A stretch of 24,000 bases of DNA, taken from NCBI GenBank assembly GCA_003945285.1, contig AP019005.1, positions 2,035,747-2,059,746 of the forward strand, read 5' to 3'. This DNA is from Hydrogenimonas sp. Its GTDB lineage: Bacteria > Campylobacterota > Campylobacteria > Campylobacterales > Hydrogenimonadaceae. The notes beneath the pieces were generated by a model. That model did no database searches, had not been told where the DNA came from, and saw only the letters and a list, made by a program, of their open reading frames with translations. A program made the translations under genes and the position numbers. Below, one piece after another: positions 1-8,035 of this stretch (its first letter is position 1; every line of letters begins with the position of its first letter).

Positions 1-43
1 TGCTACAATCCGCCCGAAAAATAATAGATATAAGGAGACAAAG

Positions 44-253
44 ATGAAAAGATCGTTTCTGATTGCGGCGACATTCGCCTTCACACTCTCTGCATTCGCA
101 CAGGATACTGTCTATTATGCGGACACTACCTACGGTCCTTCAGATACCGTAGTCCACTACGACAACGACAGGCACCAGGAGAAAAACGGTAACGGTATGG
201 ACCAGACAAACATACCAAACAACGATATATATACGGAGTCAAAAGATAAGTAA
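44..253 (+). CDS. small secreted hypothetical protein (69 aa, predicted signal peptide)
   Basis: ATG at 44 preceded by AAGGAG 7 nt upstream. N-terminus MKRSFLIAATFAFTLSAFA-QD looks like a Sec signal peptide with an AxA cleavage site. The mature part is D/N/T/Y-rich and acidic. No family recognised. Confidence 0.5.
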   Translation: MKRSFLIAATFAFTLSAFAQDTVYYADTTYGPSDTVVHYDNDRHQEKNGNGMDQTNIPNNDIYTESKDK

Positions 254-348
254 CCGGCGTTACACAGGGGACGTTCACTCCCCGCCAAAACCCGGGCTTC
301 GCTTAACATAGGGAAGCTGGATGTTGCGCCGATTCGCAACACCCTCTC

Positions 349-876
349 TCAAAGCTTCCCTATCTGCCTCTCTATAATGGAGAGTATAGTCTCAAACTCC
401 TCTTCGGGAATCTTTCCGCTTCTTGCATAAATAACCGTACCTTTCGGGTCTATAACGGCGATATTGGCATCGCCATCGGCCATTTGCCATACCTCTACAC
501 CCTTTTTTACCATATCTTTGACATAGATCGTGTCGGGATACCTCTTCTGCTTGCTTTTCAGTGCTGCCGCTATCGCGAAGTTGGGCATCCATGTAGCTTC
601 CATATTTATGACAGCGACGGATCGGTAGCGGCTTCGGTCGAATTTTCTGGCTTTCAGCCTTTCTACAAACGGTTCGTTGAGATCCTTCTTGTCGGGGTCG
701 ACATAAAAAATCACTGTCACCTTGCCTCTCAACAGATCACTCTTGAAAGGAGTACCGTCTACCCTCCCGCCATCCTTTCCCGAAAGCTCGAGAGAGGGGA
801 GCGGCTCCCCGACTTCGAGCGCAAAAACAGGAATTGATATCAAAAAGGCCGTCAGCAGAAGCTTTAGCGATCTCAC
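349..876 (-). CDS. ytfJ: YtfJ-family periplasmic protein (thioredoxin-like fold)
   Basis: 175 aa with a signal peptide (MRSLKLLLTAFLISIPVFA). Colinear by eye with E. coli YtfJ (GxxxP...GKVxV...RY...VxN...DxxGxV...G...PEE). GTG start at 876 overlaps the tkt stop (GTGA), suggesting translational coupling. Confidence 0.75.
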   Translation of the reverse strand: MRSLKLLLTAFLISIPVFALEVGEPLPSLELSGKDGGRVDGTPFKSDLLRGKVTVIFYVDPDKKDLNEPFVERLKARKFDRSRYRSVAVINMEATWMPNFAIAAALKSKQKRYPDTIYVKDMVKKGVEVWQMADGDANIAVIDPKGTVIYARSGKIPEEEFETILSIIERQIGKL

Positions 877-2816
877 TTAAGCAGCGACTCCGCCCGGGCG
901 ACTACATTGTCGATTGTAAAACCGAAGTGTTTGAAGAGATCTGAAGCTTTTCCGCTGGCGCCGAAACTCTCCATACACAAAACGTCGTCGGCGAAGCGGT
1001 ACCACTCGCTGCCGCTTGCGGCTTCTATGGCCAGAACCCTGGTATTCGGGTCGATAACACTCTTTATATACTCCTCATCCTGTTCAAGGAAGAGCTCGTA
1101 ACATGGAACAGAGACGACGTTTGCCATGACTCCGCGCTCCTCGAGATGGCAGCCGCTCTGTAGGGCTAGCATAACTTCGCTCCCGCTCGCAACGAGTGTC
1201 AAAGCCGCATTCTCCCGCCTTTTGATCAGGTAGCCCCCCTTCTCCGCGCTTCCGAAGGCGATCTTATCTTCCCCTTTGAGAACTTTCAGCTTCTGGCGGC
1301 TGCATACGAAGGCCGAGGGGGCGTTCAGCCTGAGCGCAACCTTCCAGCAGGCGACATTTTCACTCGCGTCAGCCGGGCGGAAAGTATAGAAGTCGGGAAG
1401 CGCTCTGAACTGGCTCAGATGCTCTATGGGCTGATGTGTCGGTCCATCTTCTCCCACTCCGATACTGTCGTGCGTCCAGACGAAGAAGTGTCGAAGACCG
1501 CTGAGCGCGGCAATCCTCACGGCCGGCTTCATATAGTCGCTGAATACGAAGAATGTAGCACTGAAAGGCAGAAGCGGCCCATACGCCGCGATAGCGTTGC
1601 AGATGGCCGCCATCGCATGTTCACGGATTCCGAAGTGCATATTCCTGCCCAGAGGGAAGTCGCGCATATCTTTCAGCTCTGTCTTGTTGGATGGTGCAAG
1701 ATCGGCGCTTCCTCCGAAAAATCCGGGGACCGCTTTCGCGATCGCATTTAGAATCTTCCCGTTGCTGTCGCGGGTGGCGACTTCGCTGCCGGGCTCGAAC
1801 TCCGGCCACTCGATGGAGTCGAAATCGGGGTTGAGAAGTCTGTTCAGAGCTTCGTTCTGCTCTATGTATGGAGCCTGTTTCAGAAGATGGTTCCACTCCT
1901 TCTCCGCAAGCTCACCCTCTTCGACGGCACACCGGAACCTGACCAGCACGTCATCCGGCACATAAAACTTTTTGTCGGGATCGAACCCTGCGACCTCTTT
2001 TGCCCTGCGTATAAGATCTTCACCGAGCGGCGCACCGTGGCTGTTGTGATCGCCCGCCATTTCCAATGCGCCTTTCGCGATAATCGTATGGGCTATTATC
2101 AGCACAGGCCTGTCGGCCTTTTTCGCAAGCTCCAGGGTCTCGTCTATCTGCTCGTAGTTGTGGCCGTCGGTCTCCAGAACTTTCCACCCCTGCGCTTCGA
2201 ACCTCAACTTCACATCCTCGTCCCACGCCAGGGATGTATCCCCTTCGATCGTGATCCTGTTCGAGTCGTAGATCATGATGAGATTGTCAAGCTGCTGCTT
2301 TCCGGCGATGGCGCACGCTTCGTAGCTGATCCCCTCCATCAGGTCTCCGTCTCCGCAGAGACAGTAGACGTAGTGGTCTATGATCTTCGCCGTTTCGGAG
2401 TTGACCATGTTCGCGCAGTATCTGCTCGCCATCGCGAACCCTACCGCATTGGCCACACCCTGCCCCAGCGGCCCGGTCGTTATCTCTATTCCGGGCGTAT
2501 GTCCATACTCCGGGTGTCCCGGTGTCCTGCTGCCGAGCTGGCGGAAGTTCTTTATATCCTCCATAGAGAGGTCGTAGCCCCAAAGATACAGAAGAGAGTA
2601 GATGAGACCCGTAGCGTGGCCTCCGCTGAAGACCAGCCTGTCCCTGTTCAGCCATTTCGGATTTTTAGGGTTGTGCTTCAGGTGCCTGCTGAGCACGACC
2701 GCAATATCTGCAAGCCCCATCGGAGCACCTGGGTGTCCGCTGTTCGCCTGCTGAATCATATCGGCCGCCAGAAAACGTATTGTGTCGGCCATCTTTTTCA
2801 TCATCTGGTTATCCAT
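873..2816 (-). CDS. tkt: transketolase
   Basis: 647 aa. Has N-terminal SGHPGAPMG, the TPP-binding GDGDLMEG motif and the THDSIGVGEDGPTHQP motif. ATG at 2816 with AAGGAA upstream. Confidence 0.97.
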   Translation of the reverse strand: MDNQMMKKMADTIRFLAADMIQQANSGHPGAPMGLADIAVVLSRHLKHNPKNPKWLNRDRLVFSGGHATGLIYSLLYLWGYDLSMEDIKNFRQLGSRTPGHPEYGHTPGIEITTGPLGQGVANAVGFAMASRYCANMVNSETAKIIDHYVYCLCGDGDLMEGISYEACAIAGKQQLDNLIMIYDSNRITIEGDTSLAWDEDVKLRFEAQGWKVLETDGHNYEQIDETLELAKKADRPVLIIAHTIIAKGALEMAGDHNSHGAPLGEDLIRRAKEVAGFDPDKKFYVPDDVLVRFRCAVEEGELAEKEWNHLLKQAPYIEQNEALNRLLNPDFDSIEWPEFEPGSEVATRDSNGKILNAIAKAVPGFFGGSADLAPSNKTELKDMRDFPLGRNMHFGIREHAMAAICNAIAAYGPLLPFSATFFVFSDYMKPAVRIAALSGLRHFFVWTHDSIGVGEDGPTHQPIEHLSQFRALPDFYTFRPADASENVACWKVALRLNAPSAFVCSRQKLKVLKGEDKIAFGSAEKGGYLIKRRENAALTLVASGSEVMLALQSGCHLEERGVMANVVSVPCYELFLEQDEEYIKSVIDPNTRVLAIEAASGSEWYRFADDVLCMESFGASGKASDLFKHFGFTIDNVVARAESLLK

Positions 2817-2849
2817 AAAAGAGTTCCTTTTTCATTGAGTGGGAGGTTA

Positions 2850-2891
2850 GAAGTGAGCAGTGGAAATTCGACGCTTTCCACTGCTCACCCC
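2850..2891 (-). promoter_or_regulatory. strong stem-loop between ispA stop and tkt start (possible U-tract-less terminator, attenuator or mRNA processing/stability element)
   Basis: Perfect 14-bp inverted repeat gtgagcagtggaaa (2853-2866) / tttccactgctcac (2875-2888) with an 8-nt loop. On the minus-strand RNA it extends by G-U, G-U, G-C to 17 bp. No U-run follows on either strand. Confidence 0.4.
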
Positions 2892-2898
2892 TGACCTG

Positions 2899-3753
2899 TC
2901 ACTTCCGCCTGTGCCTGTAGAGGTAGTTTTTCAATATCGGCTCCAGCTCGGATCTGAGCGGTTCGTCAAAGCCCTCCAGCGTCTGCGCCACACTCTCGGC
3001 CAGTCTCTCCGCACGCTGCACGGAGCCTTCGAGACCGAAGTGGTTTATATAGCTGTTTTTATCCTCGTCGTTGCCGGTTGTCTTTCCCGCATCCTCGGAG
3101 CTGCTGGTGGCATCTATGATGTCGTCCTGTATCTGAAAGAGCAGACCCAGATCGAGCCCGAATCTGAAAAGCTCATCCTGCATCCTCTTGTCGAGCCCCG
3201 CTATGATCGCACCCATTTTGAGGCTTGCGGCGATAAGCCTGCCGGTCTTGTACTCATGCAGAAAGTCAACCTGCTCGGTACTCAGCTTCTCTCCCTCGAA
3301 ATAGCAGTCTATCGCCTGCCCGAGAACCATGCCGCCTATTCCGCCGCTGTAGGCAAGCTCCTTGATGAGGGCGACTTTGACATCGTTGTGCAGAGGTGCG
3401 TCGGCGATAAGGTAAAATGAATGGGTGTTCAGGGCATCTCCAACCAGCACCGCGGTCACCTCGTCGTAGCGCTTGTGAAGCGTAGGTTCGCCGCGGCGAA
3501 GATCGGCATTGTCCATAACCGGCAGGTCGTCGTGCACAAGCGAATAGGTGTGCAGCATCTCCAGTGCCATTGCCGCCGGATAAGCACTCTCTCTCAACAG
3601 AGGTGTATAGGCATCTACGACGGCCAGCAGAAGCTGCGGCCTGAACCTCTTTCCGCCGGCCTCGAGCATAGCCCCCAGCGCCTTGTCGAAAGTGGGATGG
3701 AAACTTGGAGCTTTGGGAAGATTGGCCCTCAGATAGGCTTCGAAGTTCTGCAT
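2899..3753 (-). CDS. ispA: polyprenyl (farnesyl/geranyl) diphosphate synthase
   Basis: First Asp-rich motif HDDLPVMDNADLRRG and second motif QIQDDIID. I use the ATG at 3753 (MQNFEAYL..., GAGGG upstream) rather than the ORF-track start at 3819, which would run into the upstream gene. Confidence 0.9.
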   Translation of the reverse strand: MQNFEAYLRANLPKAPSFHPTFDKALGAMLEAGGKRFRPQLLLAVVDAYTPLLRESAYPAAMALEMLHTYSLVHDDLPVMDNADLRRGEPTLHKRYDEVTAVLVGDALNTHSFYLIADAPLHNDVKVALIKELAYSGGIGGMVLGQAIDCYFEGEKLSTEQVDFLHEYKTGRLIAASLKMGAIIAGLDKRMQDELFRFGLDLGLLFQIQDDIIDATSSSEDAGKTTGNDEDKNSYINHFGLEGSVQRAERLAESVAQTLEGFDEPLRSELEPILKNYLYRHRRK

Positions 3754-3778
3754 GGACACCCTCAATATATTTTGCGAA

Positions 3779-4762
3779 TTATAGCGAAGTAGGGAGTAAA
3801 AAAAACTGAAACCCTTCACGCTCCCAAAGCATATTTTCGGGTGTGCGTTTCTGTACCGCGTAACCGCTCAGCACTTCTCTGACTTCGGCTTCGCCGCCTA
3901 CCGGTTTTCCGTCTATCATGAGCAGTCTGTCTCCGACTCTCAGCCCCTTTTTGTAGGATATGGAAGAGGTATCGATTTCGCTTATTCGAAGCGATTTAGA
4001 GAAGTGCATACCGAAACGCTCCAAAAAGGTGTCGGAGAGTACTCCCCCTCCCCGTCTGTCGAAACAGGGAGCTTCGACACTCACACTCTTTCCGTTTCGC
4101 TCTACACCGAAAGTGAGCCTCTCTCCGACCCTGCAGCCGTCGACCAGCTCCCTCGTTTTTCTCAATGAGGGGTGATCGAAACTCCCCGCTTTCAAAATCT
4201 TGTCACCGGGCATCAGACCGGAACCGGCAAACGGATCGACGCTATCTACGACAACGCCTATCTTTTTCTCCGCAAAACGGGCACCCACATCGGAGTGGCT
4301 TGTATCGCCTTCAAGAAGCCTGCGGATCGCTTCGGCATCGAACCACCTGCCCTCGCCGTCGAAGATACCGGCAAGTCTGCAGCATCCGGAGAAGAGCGCC
4401 CCTTCATGTCCGGGCCTTTTCGCCAGCTCACCCGCATAGACGGAGACCGGGTAGGTTCGTATGGGGTGTTTCGATTCGGTTTTGTCGGGGCAGATATAGA
4501 GCGGGGGTTTGGCATCGCTAAGATAGAGCGGTTTTGAAGCCCTCTCTTCAAAGAGACAGATCCCCCTGAAGCGGTCATGGGCGACCACCTTTTTTCTGTC
4601 GGGGCACTTCATGGAGACGAAGCGGTTTACGCCGACAGCGAAGGAGGGGTGTCCGCCGATGATCTTATAGCTTCCGGGGAAAAAGTCGAAGCAGCCTCTA
4701 TCGGCCGCAAAAGTCTGGCTGAAGAGTAGAACGGAGGTTAAAAGAAGGGTACGCAGCGGCAT
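3779..4762 (-). CDS. periplasmic PDZ domain-containing protein (Cys-rich N-terminal domain plus two PDZ-like segments)
   Basis: 327 aa with signal peptide [22 protein letters not shown]-like segments around GVVVDSVDPFAGSGLMPGDKILK and LRISEIDTSSISYKKGLRVGDRLLMIDGKPV. ATG at 4762 overlaps the ybaB stop by 1 nt. Confidence 0.75.
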   Translation of the reverse strand: MPLRTLLLTSVLLFSQTFAADRGCFDFFPGSYKIIGGHPSFAVGVNRFVSMKCPDRKKVVAHDRFRGICLFEERASKPLYLSDAKPPLYICPDKTESKHPIRTYPVSVYAGELAKRPGHEGALFSGCCRLAGIFDGEGRWFDAEAIRRLLEGDTSHSDVGARFAEKKIGVVVDSVDPFAGSGLMPGDKILKAGSFDHPSLRKTRELVDGCRVGERLTFGVERNGKSVSVEAPCFDRRGGGVLSDTFLERFGMHFSKSLRISEIDTSSISYKKGLRVGDRLLMIDGKPVGGEAEVREVLSGYAVQKRTPENMLWEREGFQFFLLPTSL

Positions 4763-5088
4763 CAGCTCGGGCTGCCGCCCCCTCCAAACGGATTGATGCC
4801 GCCCATCATGCTCAAGGCGGCACTCTTTTTGTTATCCTCGACCATCTTAATAACGTCGTTTATTGCCGAGATGAGCAGTATCTGAAGAGCCTCTTTGTCC
4901 TCCAGCAGCGAGTCGTCTATCTCTATATCGATAATCTCCCCTTTGCCGTTAGCGGTCACTTTGACGAGTCCGCCGCCGCTCTTGGCGGTAAGCTCTACCG
5001 ATTCACTCTTCTCCTCGAGCTCCTTGGCCCGCTTCTGAACCTCTTCGAGCATCTTGCCCAGATCGCCCAGGTCCATACCTTCAAACAC
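4762..5088 (-). CDS. ybaB: YbaB/EbfC family nucleoid-associated DNA-binding protein
   Basis: 108 aa. N-terminus [26 protein letters not shown] and central [17 protein letters not shown] are typical of YbaB. GTG start at 5088 with GAGGAG 6 nt upstream. Confidence 0.9.
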   Translation of the reverse strand: MFEGMDLGDLGKMLEEVQKRAKELEEKSESVELTAKSGGGLVKVTANGKGEIIDIEIDDSLLEDKEALQILLISAINDVIKMVEDNKKSAALSMMGGINPFGGGGSPS

Positions 5089-5457
5089 CTATATCTCCTC
5101 GTGGACTGCGGCTATGGTGTTGCTATCTTCGTTCATAAGCACCACGGTCGGTTTGTAACTCTCGAGCTCTTTTTCGTCGTAAGAGGCGTAGGCGACGATG
5201 ATGATCTTGTCCCCCTGGTGAGCTTTTCTGGCCGCCGCACCGTTTAGGCATATATCGCCTTTGCCTCTTTCGCCTTTGATGATATATGTACTGAAACGCT
5301 CACCGTTGTTGATGTTGAGAATCTCCACTTTCTGCCCTACACGCATCTTTGCCGCATCGAGAAGATCTTCATCAATGGTGATGGAACCGACATAGTTCAG
5401 GTTGGCATCCGTCACCGTGGCACGGTGGATTTTTGAGTAGAGCATCTCTATACGCAT
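5089..5457 (-). CDS. panD: aspartate 1-decarboxylase (pyruvoyl-dependent)
   Basis: 122 aa. [25 protein letters not shown] contains the conserved Gly-Ser self-cleavage site. Good overall PanD colinearity. Confidence 0.93.
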   Translation of the reverse strand: MRIEMLYSKIHRATVTDANLNYVGSITIDEDLLDAAKMRVGQKVEILNINNGERFSTYIIKGERGKGDICLNGAAARKAHQGDKIIIVAYASYDEKELESYKPTVVLMNEDSNTIAAVHEEI

Positions 5458-5835
5458 CTAGCTCGCTCCGGTCATCTTCATCATCTGTTCGGGCGTTATA
5501 GGATCGTCCCACGCCTCATGCTCTATAACGAACTCTTCGACCACTTTCCCGCCAATGATATGCTCGTCGATAATGCGGTCTATCTTCTCTTTGGTAAGTC
5601 CGGCATACATGACATGACCCGGCTCAACCAGCATTACGGGGCCGTAGCTGCAGCGGTTGAGACAGCCGGTACGTACCGGCTGAACCGTGCCTATGATACC
5701 CTTCTCCATAAGGCGCTGTGCCAGATGCTGAAAAAGATCTCTGTTCTCGTTTGTCACACAGCTCGGCTTCGGCATACCCGGAGGCGAAGACTGCTCACAC
5801 TTGAAAATATAGAATGCTGGTTGCGGTATTCCCAT
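5458..5835 (-). CDS. thioredoxin-like [2Fe-2S] ferredoxin
   Basis: 125 aa. Cys13-x12-Cys26-x31-Cys58-x3-Cys62 matches the spacing I recall for the Clostridium pasteurianum / Aquifex Fd4 class (Cys11/24/56/60). Confidence 0.8.
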   Translation of the reverse strand: MGIPQPAFYIFKCEQSSPPGMPKPSCVTNENRDLFQHLAQRLMEKGIIGTVQPVRTGCLNRCSYGPVMLVEPGHVMYAGLTKEKIDRIIDEHIIGGKVVEEFVIEHEAWDDPITPEQMMKMTGAS

Positions 5836-5922
5836 TTTCCCAATCCTTTATATAAGATAAAAATTGTCCAAATTATAGTATTTGAGCCTTAACCTAGAAT
5901 TACACTATAATTTTACCAAAAT
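5836..5922. promoter_or_regulatory. AT-rich divergent promoter region (ferredoxin-panD-ybaB... leftwards, cls rightwards)
   Basis: Plus-strand TATAAT at 5906-5911 is about 36 nt upstream of the cls ATG at 5947. Minus-strand TATAAT (attata on plus, 5872-5877) is 37 nt upstream of the ferredoxin ATG at 5835. No clear -35 boxes, as is usual for Campylobacterota. Confidence 0.35.
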
Positions 5923-5946
5923 TTGTCAAAAAAACGAGACACATCC

Positions 5947-7329
5947 ATGGATATGCAGCTTATCTTTAACTACACCCTTCTCGTCGGAGGAGAAATTCTG
6001 GCGATTGTAGCACTGCTGCACATGATCGCCACGAGACGCTCCCCGAGCAGCATGATAGCCTGGATGCTCGCCATTTTCATATTTCCATACATTGCAGTAC
6101 CCTTCTACTTCCTCTTCGGCCACAGAAAACTGATAAAACGGTATCAGAAGTTCCGTTTCTCTCTAAAGCCTATAGAGAGCGGCACCGCGGCCGGCAGGCA
6201 CCCTGTGGAGAGGCTGCTGGAGACCGACGGAATCCCTCCTGCGACCGACGATAACTCGTTTACCCTGATAGACTCCCCCTCAAAAGTCTACGAGGCCCTG
6301 GAGGAGTCCATACAGAAAGCCGAAAAGAGCATAGAAATATGCGTCTACCAGTTTACAATCGATAAGACTACGAAACCTCTTGTCGAGCTACTTTGCGAAA
6401 AAGCCTCTGCCGGTGTCAGGGTCCGCCTTCTTCTGGATTCGATCGGTTCACTTGGGCTCTACCTCTTTCCCGCCCCTCTGGATCGACTCAAAAAGAGCGG
6501 GGCGGAGATAGCCTTTTTCATGCCCTTTCTAAAACTCCCGTTGAGAAACTTCATCAATCTGAGAAACCATAGAAAGATCTTCATTTTCGACGGAATAGAG
6601 ACCTACACGGGAGGTATGAACCTTTCAGAAAAGTACTTCGCAAAAGATGAGAGCCTACCCCTCTACAGAGATTTTCTGTGCCGCATCGAAGGCAAGGCGA
6701 CACACTTCTACGCGCAGATCTTCGCAATGGACTGGGCATTCGCGACAAATAGCGTTCCGACCCTTCCGAAACCTCCATCCGGAGAGTTCGGTTCCGCCTC
6801 CGTACAGGTGATACCATCGGGACCCGATACCCCCTCGGAAGCGCTCGTCGAAGCGCTTCTGAGCCTCATCTACTCCGCATCTTCACAGATCAGGATCGTA
6901 ACTCCATACTTCGTTTTGAACGAAGATTTCATGCAGGCGCTTATCATAGCTCTCCATAGGGGTGTGGATGTCACCGTAATCGTACCGGAACACTCCGACC
7001 ATGCAATCTCCGACATCGGACGCGGAAGTTATTTGAGGGAGCTTCACTCAGACGGCGGAAAGATACTGCTCTACAGGGGGAAGATACTGCACGCGAAAGC
7101 GATCCTCTTCGACAGAAGCTGCGCAAGCATAGGATCAGTAAACTTCGACAACAGGAGTCTTTTCTACAACTTCGAGGCTACCGGATTCATCTACTCCGAA
7201 GAGGAGATTCTCAGCATAGAGGAGTGGATGGAGAAGATTATGAAAAACTGCATCCCCTACTCGCCGCCGCGGAGTGTCGTCAAGAGGCACACGGAGAACT
7301 TTATGAGAATTCTCTCGCCGCTGGTATAA
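5947..7329 (+). CDS. cls: cardiolipin synthase (phospholipase D superfamily, two HKD motifs, N-terminal TM helices)
   Basis: HKD motifs HRKIFIFDG and HAKAILFDR, each followed by GS/GG-xN. Two hydrophobic N-terminal helices. The start is uncertain: TTG 5923 (ORF track), ATG 5947 or ATG 5953. TTG 5923 lies only 12 nt after the putative -10 box, so I prefer 5947. Confidence 0.9.
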   Translation: MDMQLIFNYTLLVGGEILAIVALLHMIATRRSPSSMIAWMLAIFIFPYIAVPFYFLFGHRKLIKRYQKFRFSLKPIESGTAAGRHPVERLLETDGIPPATDDNSFTLIDSPSKVYEALEESIQKAEKSIEICVYQFTIDKTTKPLVELLCEKASAGVRVRLLLDSIGSLGLYLFPAPLDRLKKSGAEIAFFMPFLKLPLRNFINLRNHRKIFIFDGIETYTGGMNLSEKYFAKDESLPLYRDFLCRIEGKATHFYAQIFAMDWAFATNSVPTLPKPPSGEFGSASVQVIPSGPDTPSEALVEALLSLIYSASSQIRIVTPYFVLNEDFMQALIIALHRGVDVTVIVPEHSDHAISDIGRGSYLRELHSDGGKILLYRGKILHAKAILFDRSCASIGSVNFDNRSLFYNFEATGFIYSEEEILSIEEWMEKIMKNCIPYSPPRSVVKRHTENFMRILSPLV

Positions 7330-7336
7330 TCGATTT

Positions 7337-8035
7337 ATGAAAGAGAGAGATATATACAGATTCGGCTTTTTGTGCTGGAATATACAGAAGCGCTCCCTAA
7401 GCGCGGAGTTTCAACACACATTTTCCCATCTGTTGAAAAACTACCGGTGCGATCTGATAGCCCTTCAGGAGGTGAAGGTGGCACATGCCGGACTGCCGGG
7501 ACACTTTCAGGACTATCACACGGCATTAAGCTGCAACTTCGAGCGCAACGGCCACAGGTTCGGCGTCATGACACTCTCCAGACTGCCGATAGCACAGAAA
7601 ACTCTATTTACAACCAAAGTGCGTGAAGCAGGAATCGCCACGAGAAAGAGCGCTTTGCTGAGCAGGCACACCCTTCACAACGGCAAAAGAGTGGCGCTTT
7701 TGAATCTCCATGCCATTAACTTCGTTCCATACAGGCTTTTCGCGAAAGAGCTCAACCGCATCAGAGAGCTGATAGAGAGTGTCGAAGAGGAGAGTTTTAT
7801 CGTCGCCGGAGACTTCAATACATGGAGTGCCAAGAGGCAGAGGCTGCTCGAGAAGGTTACGGAAAAATCGAACCTGGTCAGACTGATACCGGAAAACAGT
7901 AAAGATATAAAGTCTATCCTGGGCCGGCCGCTCGACCATATCTACTACCGCGGGCTCAAAGCTCTCTCATCGATCGTCATCGACACTACGGTATCGGACC
8001 ACAATCCTATATATGCGAGATTCAGCGACGGCTGA
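7337..8035 (+). CDS. endonuclease/exonuclease/phosphatase (EEP) family protein
   Basis: 232 aa. N-terminal DLIALQEV motif and C-terminal SDHNPIY motif are typical of the EEP fold. Starts 7 nt after the cls stop, so it is probably co-transcribed. Confidence 0.85.
   Translation: MKERDIYRFGFLCWNIQKRSLSAEFQHTFSHLLKNYRCDLIALQEVKVAHAGLPGHFQDYHTALSCNFERNGHRFGVMTLSRLPIAQKTLFTTKVREAGIATRKSALLSRHTLHNGKRVALLNLHAINFVPYRLFAKELNRIRELIESVEEESFIVAGDFNTWSAKRQRLLEKVTEKSNLVRLIPENSKDIKSILGRPLDHIYYRGLKALSSIVIDTTVSDHNPIYARFSDG

Noticed and set aside
254-348. Possible bidirectional terminator between the small secreted ORF and ytfJ. Candidate hairpins are gggga/tcccc at 277-293 and gttgcg/cgcaac at 323-340.
   Set aside because: The stems are only 5-6 bp and no U-tract follows on either strand. 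This is too weak to call as a feature.
1887-2894. 335-aa plus-strand ORF, with several smaller ones, opposite tkt.
   Set aside because: It lies entirely antisense to a high-confidence transketolase gene. The composition is Arg/Pro/Val-rich and typical of a shadow ORF, with no motifs.
3754-3819. N-terminal extensions in the ORF track: ispA to 3819, rplN to 19612, rplE to 18967, rpsN to 18435, the TPR-like ORF to 9940, rpoA to 11684, and rplC 'start' at 23985.
   Set aside because: The extensions overlap the upstream genes or add residues absent from the conserved protein N-termini. Internal ATGs with proper SD spacing, or stop-start coupling, give canonical N-termini.
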